Part shown: in pieces, positions 31,758 to 40,840 of the stretch
How the letters are laid out: every line of letters starts with the position of its first letter
Numbering within the stretch: the first letter of the stretch is position 1
NCBI GenBank assembly: GCA_028877275.1
Contig: JAPPFP010000030.1
Coordinates: forward strand, 19,402-83,401
Direction of reading: 5' to 3'
Origin: Acidobacteriota bacterium
GTDB lineage: Bacteria > Acidobacteriota > Thermoanaerobaculia > Multivoradales > Multivoraceae
Length of the DNA: 64,000 nt
Made by a program: the position numbers and the translations under genes
Notes under the pieces: model-generated
Told to the model about the DNA's origin: nothing
The model's input: the letters and a program-made list of their open reading frames with translations, nothing else
The model's database searches: none

Positions 31758-32489
31758 CTACAACCGCGGCTTGCTCGCGGGCCGGAGCCGCAGGTCGTAG
31801 ACCTCTGCCGACGGCGGCAGCGCGGCGGCGTCGATGATCGCGGTCGCGACGTCCGCGGGGTCAAGGAAGCGCTCGGCGTCGTAGTGCTGGCCGAGACTGC
31901 GGCAGACCTCCCGTTGCATCCGGCCGCGGGTCCTTCCGGGGTAGACGCTCAGCACCCGGACACCGTCGGCGTTCACTTCGGCGCGCAGGCCGTCGGCGAC
32001 CGCCCGCAGCGCGTGCTTGCTCGCGGCGTAGGCGGCGCTGCCGGCGCCCGCCCCGAGGCCTGCCGTCGAGTTGATGAACACGACCAGGCCACGGCGGGCA
32101 CGGAGCGCCGGCAACAGTCGCTGGGTGAGGAGGTACGGAGCCCGGACGTTGACGGCGAGCTGGAGATCGAGGTCCTCCGCCGGCGCCGATTCGACCGGGC
32201 CCGCGCGGAACGCACCGGCGGCGTGGACGAGCAGGTCGACGCCGTCGCCCAACGACTCCGCGGCCGCGCCGGCCTGCGCGACCGCCGAGGCGCCAGTGAG
32301 GTCTCCGGCGACGGTCCGAACGGCGCCGCCTCCCGTCTCGAGTTCCGCGCCGATCTCCCGCAGCCGCGCCTCGTCCCGGCCCAGGAGCAGCAGCGACGCC
32401 CCTTCCCCGGCGAGAGCCCGGGCGACCGCCCCGCCGATCGCTCCGGTGGCCCCGGCCACGACCGCAACTCGATCGGCAAACCTCGACAC
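31758..32489 (-). CDS. short-chain dehydrogenase/reductase (SDR)
   Basis: 243 aa. VAVVAGATGAIGGAVARAL (TGxxxGxG), NSTAG, YAASKHAL (YxxxK). Confidence 0.88.
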   Translation of the reverse strand: MSRFADRVAVVAGATGAIGGAVARALAGEGASLLLLGRDEARLREIGAELETGGGAVRTVAGDLTGASAVAQAGAAAESLGDGVDLLVHAAGAFRAGPVESAPAEDLDLQLAVNVRAPYLLTQRLLPALRARRGLVVFINSTAGLGAGAGSAAYAASKHALRAVADGLRAEVNADGVRVLSVYPGRTRGRMQREVCRSLGQHYDAERFLDPADVATAIIDAAALPPSAEVYDLRLRPASKPRL

Positions 32490-32522
32490 GCGCGGAGCTT
32501 ACCGGCCGGTAAGCTGCGGTTG

Positions 32523-33587
32523 ATGCCGAGGTCGCTTCGCCTGACGCTGACGATCCTCGCCTTGGCCGCCGCATCCCCCGCGGGAATCGCCGCCGATGGG
32601 CTCACCGCCTACCGCGGATCGGCCTGGGCGCACCTGCAGGCGACCTCCGAACCGCCCATCCTGTGGCTGGGAACCGAACGCTCCGTGGAGTTGCCCGCGG
32701 CCGGCGCGACGGTCGCTTCTCACTACGACGACCTGGTTCTGCTCGACCCACAACCTGGCGGCCCGCAACCTGACGGAGGGGCGGAGTGGGCGGTCGCAGG
32801 CGTGGCCCGGGGCGCGAACGGGCCGCGCTTCCTGCTCTACGCGGGTCGCGATGGGGAAGTGACCGCCCTGCCGGCGCCGGAACGGACGCGGCCGGAGAAC
32901 CGGCTCGTCTCGGCCCAGTGGCTCGCGGCGGGCGGCCCCGAGCCCCTGCACGGCCTTGCCTGGCTTGAAGCGAGCCGTCCCCGCGGCCAGGAGGTCTGGC
33001 TGGCGCCCTGGCGCGACGGCGCCTTCGAGCCTGCCGTGCGCCTGGTCGCGGACGGCCCCGGCTCCCAGACCGCTCTGGACGCAGCGGTGCTCACCGACGG
33101 TTCCTGGCTGCTCGTGTGGTGCGCCTTCGACGGCGAGGACGACGAGCTCGTCTGGCGGCACCGGCAACCTGCCGGAGACTGGGTGGGCGGCCGCGTCTCA
33201 CCCGACAACGGCGTGCCCGACATCACGCCGCGGCTCCTCGTCACCCGGGACGGCGCCGCCGTCGCCTGGAGCCGTTACGACGGCAGCGTCTACCGGGTGC
33301 GAACGGCGCGCTTCGAGGACGGACGCTGGAGCGACGAAGACTGGGCGGGTCCCCCCGACTCGCTCTATCCCGAGTGGGCCGGCGCCGACGACACGCTGCT
33401 CTACCTCGAAGGCGCGACCCGGACCTGGACCGCGGCCGGGCCGGCGTCGACGCTGCGGTTCGAGGCGGCGACGTCGACGACGCCCGTTCTCGACCGGGAC
33501 CCCGCGTCGGGCCTCCTGCGCGCGCTCTGGCCCGGGACGTCCGGCTGGCGCGCCGAACCCGGACGGCCTGCCGGGGCACGGCCGTGA
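32523..33587 (+). CDS. secreted hypothetical protein (Trp/Gly-rich repeats, possibly beta-propeller-like)
   Basis: 354 aa from ATG 32523 (MPRSLRLTLTILALAAASPAGIAADG signal). The longer ORF-track start is antisense to the SDR gene. The stop overlaps the GTG of the next gene (GTGA). Confidence 0.6.
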   Translation: MPRSLRLTLTILALAAASPAGIAADGLTAYRGSAWAHLQATSEPPILWLGTERSVELPAAGATVASHYDDLVLLDPQPGGPQPDGGAEWAVAGVARGANGPRFLLYAGRDGEVTALPAPERTRPENRLVSAQWLAAGGPEPLHGLAWLEASRPRGQEVWLAPWRDGAFEPAVRLVADGPGSQTALDAAVLTDGSWLLVWCAFDGEDDELVWRHRQPAGDWVGGRVSPDNGVPDITPRLLVTRDGAAVAWSRYDGSVYRVRTARFEDGRWSDEDWAGPPDSLYPEWAGADDTLLYLEGATRTWTAAGPASTLRFEAATSTTPVLDRDPASGLLRALWPGTSGWRAEPGRPAGARP

Positions 33588-35917
33588 GGGCCGCCATCCG
33601 GGCACTGGCCGCGCGTGCCCAGGCCCAACTCCGGAACCGCGAAGGACTGTTCGCGAGCCGCACCGCGACCGTGACGCTGGCGGCCCTGAGCTGCTTCCTG
33701 CTGGCAGTGCCGCTGACTACGGCCAAGCCGGGCCAGCCGGCGACGCTCAAGGCGGACGAATCGGCGTACTACCTGATGGCTCTCAGCCTGGCCCGCGACT
33801 TCGACCTGAGCTACGAGCCGGCCGACGGCGACCGGCTGCTCGAGGAGTTCCCGTTCAGTTCGACCGGCAACCTGATCCTGATGACCTCGGACGACTGGCG
33901 GACCGTCCACTACGGCAAGCCGCTGGCCTACCCGCTGTTCGGGGCGCCCTTCGCCGCCCTGTGGGGAGCGAACGGGCTGCTGTTCCTCAACATGGCGCTG
34001 TTCGTCGCCATGCTGTGGCTGGCCGCGGTGTTCCTGGCGCGTCGCGCCTCGCCCGCCGTCGCCGCCACCTTCGCCTGCGGCCTGCTCCTGCTCTCGGCCT
34101 GCTCGCGCTACGTGTTCTGGCTCCAGCCAGAGGTGTTCAACATGTTCGGGGTCTTCGGCGCCCTCTACTGGGGCTTCGAGAACCGCCGGCGCGCCTGGTG
34201 GCTGACGGTCCTCTCCGGCGTGCTGCTGGCGCTGCCCGCCTACAACAAGCCGATGTTCGCCGCGATCGCCTTGCCGCTCGCCGGCGCCTATCTGCTGCGA
34301 CGGCAGTGGCGCACGGCCGCCCTCTGGATCGCCGGCTTCGCGGCCACGCTGGCGCTGCTCTCGGCGATGTCGCTCGGCTGGACGGGCCAGCTCCTGCCCT
34401 ACCTGGGCTCCGACGTGCGCGCGGCGGTGCGCGTGTGCGAGCCGGGCGGCTGGCCGCCGGAGATCGTCGAGGCGCGCCGGATCGCGGCCGGAGCGGCGCC
34501 GACGACCGGCGAAGCGGCCGCCGCGGTGACCATCCCGGACTCGCCGACCGGCAACACGTTCTCCTGGCTCTTCCGCGTTCCCCGCCAGTCGTTCGGCGAA
34601 GTGATCGAGAACGTCGGCTACTTCCTGGTCGGCCGCCACGCCGGGTTGCTGCCCTACCACCCGTTCGCGGTCATCGCCTTCGGCCTGTTCCTGTTCAGCG
34701 GCCGCCGCGACCGGGACCGCTGGCTGCTCGTCCTGGCGCTGGCCGTGATCGCGGGATACTTCCTGCTCTTCATCGGCTGGAACTGGCAGGGCGGCGGCGG
34801 CTTCATCGGCAACCGCTACTTCGTCAGCGTGATGCCCGCGTTTCTCTTCCTCGTGCCGGGCCGGATCCCGCCGTGGACGCTGCCGGCCGGCTTCCTGGCC
34901 GCCGGCCTGTTCGTCGGCGCGATGGTGCTCGCGCCCTTCGGCGTCACCGTGCCCGCGCCGACGCTGCAGGCGCACACCCGCAACGCGCCGCTCCGCTACC
35001 TTCCCTTCGAGTTCTCGCTGCGCAACGTGCCCGGCTACGAGCGGAGAAGCATCGCCGGCATGACGATCCTGGGCCGGGCCGACCGGGTGCTGGAACGCGG
35101 CGGCTCCTGGTGGGTCGCGGCCCGCGGTCCGAGCGAGCTCTTCATCGAGTCCCGGCACCGGTTCGACAGCCTGACGCTCTTCGTCACTTCGCCCGTGGCG
35201 CCGAATCACGTCCGGCTGAGGCTCGACGGAGGTCCGGCGGTCGATGTGGAGTTCGCCGAGGCCGGCCGGCGCCAGCGGGTGACTCTCGCTTCATCCAGGC
35301 CGCACAAGACGCGTAGGCGCGACGGCCACCGCAGCTACGTCCACCGCTTGCGCGTCGAGACGGACGGCGGCGCGCCGACCATCTGGACCAGGGTGCGGCC
35401 GCCGGCCCCGTGCGCCGTCTACGCCTGGAACCGCGAAACCGACGAGACCTTCTACCTCGGCGCCGAACTGCGCTTCCTCGGCAGCGAGGAGCACATGAAC
35501 GCGGAGGTCTTCGCGGCGCGAATCGGCACCGTCGGCCTGATGCCGGCCACGCTTCCGGCCGGGGCGGAGGTGGAACTCCCGGTCGGTGTGACGAACGAGT
35601 CCCAGGTCACCTGGCGGCGCCAGGGCTACGTCGGCGTGAACCTCGCCTCCCGCTGGCGGCAGGGCACCGCCGGGCCCGAAGACGACGGCTCGGAACGAGG
35701 CCCCCAGGTCGGCCCGGAAGGCCGCCGCAGCCTGCTGCCGGAGCTGGGTCCGGGCGGCTTCGAGACGGTGATGCTGCCGGTCCGCGCACCGGACGAGCCG
35801 GGCGACTACACCCTGGAGATCGACCTCGTGTACGAACACGTCGCCTGGTTCGAGCAGCGCGGCGGCGTACCGCTACGGCTGCCGGTCCGGGTGGAGGCGC
35901 CCGGCACGCCCGAGTAA
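33584..35917 (+). CDS. GT-C-fold (ArnT/PMT-like) integral-membrane glycosyltransferase with ~300-aa C-terminal soluble domain
   Basis: 777 aa from GTG 33584. An early periplasmic-loop DESAYY motif, then about 10 or more hydrophobic segments and a C-terminal Ig-like region. The 933-aa ORF-track form overlaps the upstream gene. Confidence 0.7.
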   Translation: MRAAIRALAARAQAQLRNREGLFASRTATVTLAALSCFLLAVPLTTAKPGQPATLKADESAYYLMALSLARDFDLSYEPADGDRLLEEFPFSSTGNLILMTSDDWRTVHYGKPLAYPLFGAPFAALWGANGLLFLNMALFVAMLWLAAVFLARRASPAVAATFACGLLLLSACSRYVFWLQPEVFNMFGVFGALYWGFENRRRAWWLTVLSGVLLALPAYNKPMFAAIALPLAGAYLLRRQWRTAALWIAGFAATLALLSAMSLGWTGQLLPYLGSDVRAAVRVCEPGGWPPEIVEARRIAAGAAPTTGEAAAAVTIPDSPTGNTFSWLFRVPRQSFGEVIENVGYFLVGRHAGLLPYHPFAVIAFGLFLFSGRRDRDRWLLVLALAVIAGYFLLFIGWNWQGGGGFIGNRYFVSVMPAFLFLVPGRIPPWTLPAGFLAAGLFVGAMVLAPFGVTVPAPTLQAHTRNAPLRYLPFEFSLRNVPGYERRSIAGMTILGRADRVLERGGSWWVAARGPSELFIESRHRFDSLTLFVTSPVAPNHVRLRLDGGPAVDVEFAEAGRRQRVTLASSRPHKTRRRDGHRSYVHRLRVETDGGAPTIWTRVRPPAPCAVYAWNRETDETFYLGAELRFLGSEEHMNAEVFAARIGTVGLMPATLPAGAEVELPVGVTNESQVTWRRQGYVGVNLASRWRQGTAGPEDDGSERGPQVGPEGRRSLLPELGPGGFETVMLPVRAPDEPGDYTLEIDLVYEHVAWFEQRGGVPLRLPVRVEAPGTPE

Positions 35918-35924
35918 GGCTCCC

Positions 35925-37301
35925 TCAGGCCAGCTCTTCGAGCAGTCCGGCCTCGCGCAACGCGTCGGCCGCCTCGCCGACGACGCCTGGCGGCAGGCCG
36001 GAGCGCTCCGCGATGTCGTCCAGGGAGTGCTCGCCGTCGCTCTGGTTGAGCACCCAAAGCATGGCGATCTCGAAGTCCTTGCGGCCGGCGCCGCCGAGGC
36101 CGCCGTAGAGGCCGCGGCGGCCGAGCTGGGGTTCGCCGAAGGGCTCGAGGTTGCGGTAGCGGCGGCCGCCGGCGCTCTTCCGGCCGCGCTTGGCGGCAGC
36201 CGGTGGGGGCGCCGGCTCACCCTGTCTCTCCTCCAGCGCGGCGGCGGTCGCCAGGTACGCGGCGAGCGAGCCGGCGAGGGCTTCCGCGCTGATGAACGAG
36301 AGGTCGTCGGCGGAGGTGTGGTACTCGGGGTAGCGACCCCAGGGTGTACGGGTCAGGACGCCGACGGGCAGGTCGAAGCCCGGGGAGCAATACTGGCGCT
36401 CGTCGTAGCCGAAGGGGAAGAAGTCCTCGGTGACGAGGTCCTCGCCGAGACCGGCCAGGGCGGCGACCACGGCGCGGTCGATCTCGTGGTCGCCGTAGCG
36501 ACTCCTCTTGTAGTGAAAACCGCCCCCGTCGCCGAGGTTGGCCGCGATCAGGCCGTGGCGAAAGCTGGCCAGGCGGTCGCGGTTCCGGGCCAGCCAGGCG
36601 ATCGCGCCGATGGCGCCCGGGGCGAACAGGAAACGGTAGCTGTAGCGGCGTTCGGGCACGGCGGCCACCGCTTCGGCCAGGTGGACCGCGACCGCGATCC
36701 CCGAGAGGTTGTCGTTGGCGAGCTGCGGGTGGCAGACGTGGCTCGAGATGAGCACCTCTTCGGCGCTCGACCCGGGGAGCAGGCACTCGCCCCAGGTCAT
36801 CGAGCCGTCCTCCAGCGAGGCGTCGACGAAGACCTCGTACGCGCCGTCCGGCAGCGATTCCAGGAGACGATGAGGCAGGCAGAAGCCCCAGGTTTCCTCG
36901 TAGTAGGAGGTGCGGTAGGGGATCAGGTCCGGCTGTTCGGACAGGCTGTGGAGGTGCGGCCGCAGCTCGTCGAGCCTCATCGTGCGATGCACGGGGACGC
37001 TGTAGCCGACGAGGTGAAGGTTGTGGTCGGCGAAGTCGACGACGCGGCGGCCCGAGGGACCGCGAATCCACGCCTGACGCGGGTTCCACTCCCGCGGCAC
37101 GGTCCAGTCGAGGACCTGCGTGCCGGTGGGGAGTTCGTGGACCTGCAGCGGGATGCGGCGGGCGATCCGGTCGAGCGTGGCACGGACGCCGTCGCCGGTG
37201 AGGCTGCGGCGAATGGGGTAGAGCCCGGCGGCGAGGTCCATCATCGACCGGCCGGCCGCGTCGCGGTCGAGGGCGGTGAGCGCCTGCCGGATGGTGGACA
37301 T
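35925..37301 (-). CDS. DUF4910/DUF2172 aminopeptidase-like (M28-like) protein with C-terminal winged helix
   Basis: 458 aa from ATG 37301. LYPIRRSLTGDGVRATLDRI ... VLDWTVPREWN ... SHVCHPQLANDNLSGIAV are hallmark strings of this family as I recall them. Confidence 0.7.
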   Translation of the reverse strand: MSTIRQALTALDRDAAGRSMMDLAAGLYPIRRSLTGDGVRATLDRIARRIPLQVHELPTGTQVLDWTVPREWNPRQAWIRGPSGRRVVDFADHNLHLVGYSVPVHRTMRLDELRPHLHSLSEQPDLIPYRTSYYEETWGFCLPHRLLESLPDGAYEVFVDASLEDGSMTWGECLLPGSSAEEVLISSHVCHPQLANDNLSGIAVAVHLAEAVAAVPERRYSYRFLFAPGAIGAIAWLARNRDRLASFRHGLIAANLGDGGGFHYKRSRYGDHEIDRAVVAALAGLGEDLVTEDFFPFGYDERQYCSPGFDLPVGVLTRTPWGRYPEYHTSADDLSFISAEALAGSLAAYLATAAALEERQGEPAPPPAAAKRGRKSAGGRRYRNLEPFGEPQLGRRGLYGGLGGAGRKDFEIAMLWVLNQSDGEHSLDDIAERSGLPPGVVGEAADALREAGLLEELA

Positions 37302-37417
37302 GGACCTATTCTGCGCGAAGCCTGAATGGAGCCGGCCTGGCGGCCGGCGCGCGTCACTGGCCGCCTGCGGCGGCAGCCGGCGGGGACGCCGGCGCACCCA
37401 GTGTGCGGCAGCGCCGG

Positions 37418-39241
37418 TTACAAGTACCCCATCGCCTTCAGCCGTTCGATCTCCTGCCGCGTCCGCTCGACGTCGGTGCCGCCTACCGTGTCGACCGGCT
37501 GCCAGGCGTCACGGTAGGTCGCAACCCGCCGCGCCGAGCCAGCGTCCAGCGGCATCTGGAACGCCCCCTCCAGCACCCTGCCCTCGGCATCCTCCGGCAG
37601 AGGCAGACCCAGCAGCGCCAGCATGGTCGGAAAGACATCGAGCACATGGCTTTCCTCCAGCCGGTGGCCGCGGCGGATGCCGGGGCCGTACATCAGCAGG
37701 ACGCCGTCCGGGCCGTGCCGGTGCTGGGTGTACAGCCGGTGGACGAAGGTCGGCGACTGGCCGTGGTCCGAGGCGACGACGAAGACCGTCTCCGGACCCA
37801 GGGCCCGGCGCAACTCGCCGACCAGGCCGTCGATCTGCCGGTAGACGTAGGCCACCGCTTCCCCGTGCTCTTCGATGCCCGCCCGAGAGACGAACGGGAA
37901 GAACTCCGGCTCGGCCCATCGCCAGCGCTGGTGCGAGACGGTGTCCGGCTCATGGGTGTAGAGGTTGAGGAAACGCGGCGGCGGCTCGCCCTGCGCGGAG
38001 CGGTGCTCCAGCAGGGCGATCACGGCCCGGTGCTGCCAGTCGAGGTCCGGCCGGCCGGCGGCCGCGTCCATGACCTCCTGGGGCAACTCCGGCGGCTGGG
38101 CGAACCACTCGAGCGTCGTGTCCACGGTGCCGGACGCCGCCAGCGTGTCGTTCAGGCCGTAGCCGAGAAGCCGGCTCGACGGATCGAACATCCGCTGAGC
38201 CGGAAACGAGTAGAAGTAGCCGTCGACGACGACGGTCGGCAGCCCGGCCCGATCCGCGATCTCCCAGATCGGCGGCGACGCCAGATCGAGCCGGTTGACG
38301 AAGCGCCGCGAGATCCCTGGCACCCGGGCCACCAGGTCGATCAGCTCCTTGAAGCTCGTACGGTGAACCGGAAACAGGCCGGCGCCCGAACCGGGAAAGC
38401 GAATCCGGTAGAAGTCGTGGACGCCGTGCCGCCGGGGCGTCTCGCCGGTGTAGATCGACGCCCAGATCACCGCGGAGTTGGCGTCGCTGATCGTCCCGAG
38501 CCGGCTCGACGTGCCCTCGCGGACGAACTCCGCCAGGTTCGGCAGCTCGCCGTCGTCGATCAGGTCCTGGAGCATGTCAGGGTCCACCCCGTCGAAGCCC
38601 AGCAGGGCCACCGGCGGCCCGTCGCCGGCGACCAGCGCCGTCGGGTCGAAAGACGCCGCCTTCTCTTCCGGAACGAGCCGAAACGCGATCGGCAGCACGA
38701 TGTGGACCGCGACCAGGGCCAGCGCCAGCGCGCCCACGAGCCGCGGCAGTCGACCGGCGCCGGCGAGACGGGCAACCCGAGCCGCCAGCATCCGGGTGAC
38801 GATCCAGATGGCGGCGGCCGCCAGACCGGCGGCCACGGCAAGGAACAGCGCCATGCTCCGGAAGCTGGCGGGCGTGAACCACGGGACCTGCCCGTAGGTC
38901 AGGCCGTAGAACAGGACGAGTTCGAGGAAGACGAGGTTGAACAGGCAGGCGGCCAGGACGGCCGGATTACCCGCGGGCCGGCCGCGCAGTCGGGCGAGCG
39001 TCCGCCACAGCAGTCCCAGGCCGCCGAATGCGGCGCCGGCCCAGATCCCGTAGAGCAACGCAAAGAGCAGAAGCGCGGCGATGCCCGCGACGGCGCTGTC
39101 CGTCCGGTTGTGCACCAGGTGCAACAGCGAGATCGGGCCGCCGAACAGCAGCGCGCCGAACAGCAGGCCCGCGCTCAGGTCGCGGCCGCAGGCGACCAGC
39201 AGTCCCCGAACGAAGGAAGCGGCGCCAGCACGTTCGGCCAC
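37418..39241 (-). CDS. membrane-anchored type I phosphodiesterase/nucleotide pyrophosphatase-family (alkaline phosphatase superfamily) protein
   Basis: 607 aa. About 5 N-terminal TM segments, then LLGFDGVDPDMLQDLIDDGELPNLAEF ... VVASDHGQ. Confidence 0.7.
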   Translation of the reverse strand: MAERAGAASFVRGLLVACGRDLSAGLLFGALLFGGPISLLHLVHNRTDSAVAGIAALLLFALLYGIWAGAAFGGLGLLWRTLARLRGRPAGNPAVLAACLFNLVFLELVLFYGLTYGQVPWFTPASFRSMALFLAVAAGLAAAAIWIVTRMLAARVARLAGAGRLPRLVGALALALVAVHIVLPIAFRLVPEEKAASFDPTALVAGDGPPVALLGFDGVDPDMLQDLIDDGELPNLAEFVREGTSSRLGTISDANSAVIWASIYTGETPRRHGVHDFYRIRFPGSGAGLFPVHRTSFKELIDLVARVPGISRRFVNRLDLASPPIWEIADRAGLPTVVVDGYFYSFPAQRMFDPSSRLLGYGLNDTLAASGTVDTTLEWFAQPPELPQEVMDAAAGRPDLDWQHRAVIALLEHRSAQGEPPPRFLNLYTHEPDTVSHQRWRWAEPEFFPFVSRAGIEEHGEAVAYVYRQIDGLVGELRRALGPETVFVVASDHGQSPTFVHRLYTQHRHGPDGVLLMYGPGIRRGHRLEESHVLDVFPTMLALLGLPLPEDAEGRVLEGAFQMPLDAGSARRVATYRDAWQPVDTVGGTDVERTRQEIERLKAMGYL

Positions 39242-39336
39242 GGCCGGGATGATAAGGGACTGCCGCGCTGCTAGGGTCGCGCTCCCCGCGTCGGCGCGAT
39301 GCGGGCCGAACCGCGAGTTGCCTGAAGGAACCGGAC

Positions 39337-40683
39337 ATGGCGAACGTAGCCGTCGTCGGCATGCAGTGGGGCGACGAGGGCAAGGGGAAGATCATCGATC
39401 TCCTCTGCCCCGCCTTCGATGCCGTGGTCCGCTTCCAGGGCGGCAACAACGCCGGCCATACGGTGAAGTTCGGCAGCGGCGAGGGCGACGAGCACTTCGC
39501 GCTGCACCTGATTCCCTCCGGCATCCTGCACGAGGGAGTGGCCTGCTACCTGGGCAACGGCATGGTGATCAACCCGGACGCCTTTCTCGCCGAGGTCGCC
39601 CAACTGGAGCGACGGGGCATCGAAACGGCCGGCCGGCTGCGGCTCTCCGACCGGGCGCATGCCCTGACGCCGGTCCACGTGGCGCTCGACATCGTCCGCG
39701 AGGAGGCGCGGGGCGCCGACCGCATCGGCACGACGGCCAAGGGCATCGGCCCGGCCTACGAGAGCAAGATCGGCCGCACCGGCATCCGCCTGGCGGAACT
39801 CGTCGCAGGCGGCGAGGCGATGAGGAACCGGCAGATCGTGCGGGTCGCGGACTTCGAGCGCCCTGCCGCCGAAGGCGCCGAACTGGACCCCGAAGCCGCC
39901 GCCGAAGACTTCACCCGCTGGGCCGAACGCCTGTCTCCCTACCTCTGCGACCTCTCGGTCGAGCTCGACGGTCTGATCCGGAACGGGCGCACCGTGCTCT
40001 TCGAGGGCGCGCAGGGCGCCCTGCTCGACGTTGACCACGGGACCTATCCCTACGTGACGAGCTCGAACTCGACGACCGGCGGCGCCGCGACCGGCAGCGG
40101 CGTGCCGCCGACGGCGATCGACGGCGCGATCGGCGTGGTCAAGGCGTACACGACCCGGGTGGGCGAAGGACCGATGCCGACCGAGCTGGTCGACGACGTC
40201 GGCCTGCACCTGCGGGACCGCGGACACGAGTTCGGCACGACGACCGGCCGGCCCCGGCGCTGCGGCTGGCTCGACCTGGTCGTCCTGCGCCACGCGAGCC
40301 GCGTCAATGGAGCGCGCTGCCTGGCGCTGACCAAGATCGACGTGCTCGACGAACTCGAAGAACTCCGGGTCTGCGTCGCCTACCGCATCGGCGGCGAGGT
40401 CGTGCGCAACCTGCCGGCGGTGACCGACCGGCTGGAGGCCGCCGAGCCCATCTACCGCACGTTCCCGGGCTGGAAGCAGGACACGCGCGGCGTGCTCGAC
40501 CGGAGCGACCTGCCACAGGCCGCCCTCGACTACATCGACTTCCTGGAGCAGGAACTCGAGGCGAGCGCGGATCTGATCTCGTCGGGGCCGAGGCGCGAGG
40601 AAACCGTCGTGAGCGGCGGCGGCGCGCTCGGGGAGTGGTTGGGCGATCGTTTCGGGACGGTGCAGGCGGCCGTCGGCGGGTAA
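39337..40683 (+). CDS. purA: adenylosuccinate synthase
   Basis: 448 aa. VVGMQWGDEGKGKIIDLL, GTTAKGIGPAYESK, TTGRPRRCGWLD. Confidence 0.97.
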   Translation: MANVAVVGMQWGDEGKGKIIDLLCPAFDAVVRFQGGNNAGHTVKFGSGEGDEHFALHLIPSGILHEGVACYLGNGMVINPDAFLAEVAQLERRGIETAGRLRLSDRAHALTPVHVALDIVREEARGADRIGTTAKGIGPAYESKIGRTGIRLAELVAGGEAMRNRQIVRVADFERPAAEGAELDPEAAAEDFTRWAERLSPYLCDLSVELDGLIRNGRTVLFEGAQGALLDVDHGTYPYVTSSNSTTGGAATGSGVPPTAIDGAIGVVKAYTTRVGEGPMPTELVDDVGLHLRDRGHEFGTTTGRPRRCGWLDLVVLRHASRVNGARCLALTKIDVLDELEELRVCVAYRIGGEVVRNLPAVTDRLEAAEPIYRTFPGWKQDTRGVLDRSDLPQAALDYIDFLEQELEASADLISSGPRREETVVSGGGALGEWLGDRFGTVQAAVGG

Positions 40684-40692
40684 CCAAGAGGA

Positions 40693-40743
40693 ATCCGCCT
40701 GCGGCGGATGCCGTTCAACCGCGGGCCAGAAGGCCCGCGCCAC
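40693..40743 (+). repeat. REP-like two-hairpin element, stem variant (copy 7)
   Basis: AUCCGCC-UGC-GGCGGAU (40693-40709), then GCGGGCC-AGAA-GGCCCGC (40721-40738), then GCCAC. Confidence 0.8.
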
Positions 40744-40754
40744 TATACTGCGCC

Positions 40755-40830
40755 GGGCCGTTAGCTCAGTTGGTAGAGCAGTGGACTTTTAATCCAAGGG
40801 TCGGGGGTTCGATCCCCTCACGGCCCACCA
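40755..40830 (+). tRNA. tRNA-Lys (TTT)
   Basis: GGGCCGTTAGCTCAGTTGGTAGAGCAGTGGACTTTTAATCCAAGGGTCGGGGGTTCGATCCCCTCACGGCCCACCA, anticodon loop CUUUUAA. Confidence 0.93.
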
Positions 40831-40840
40831 GAGCGAACGC

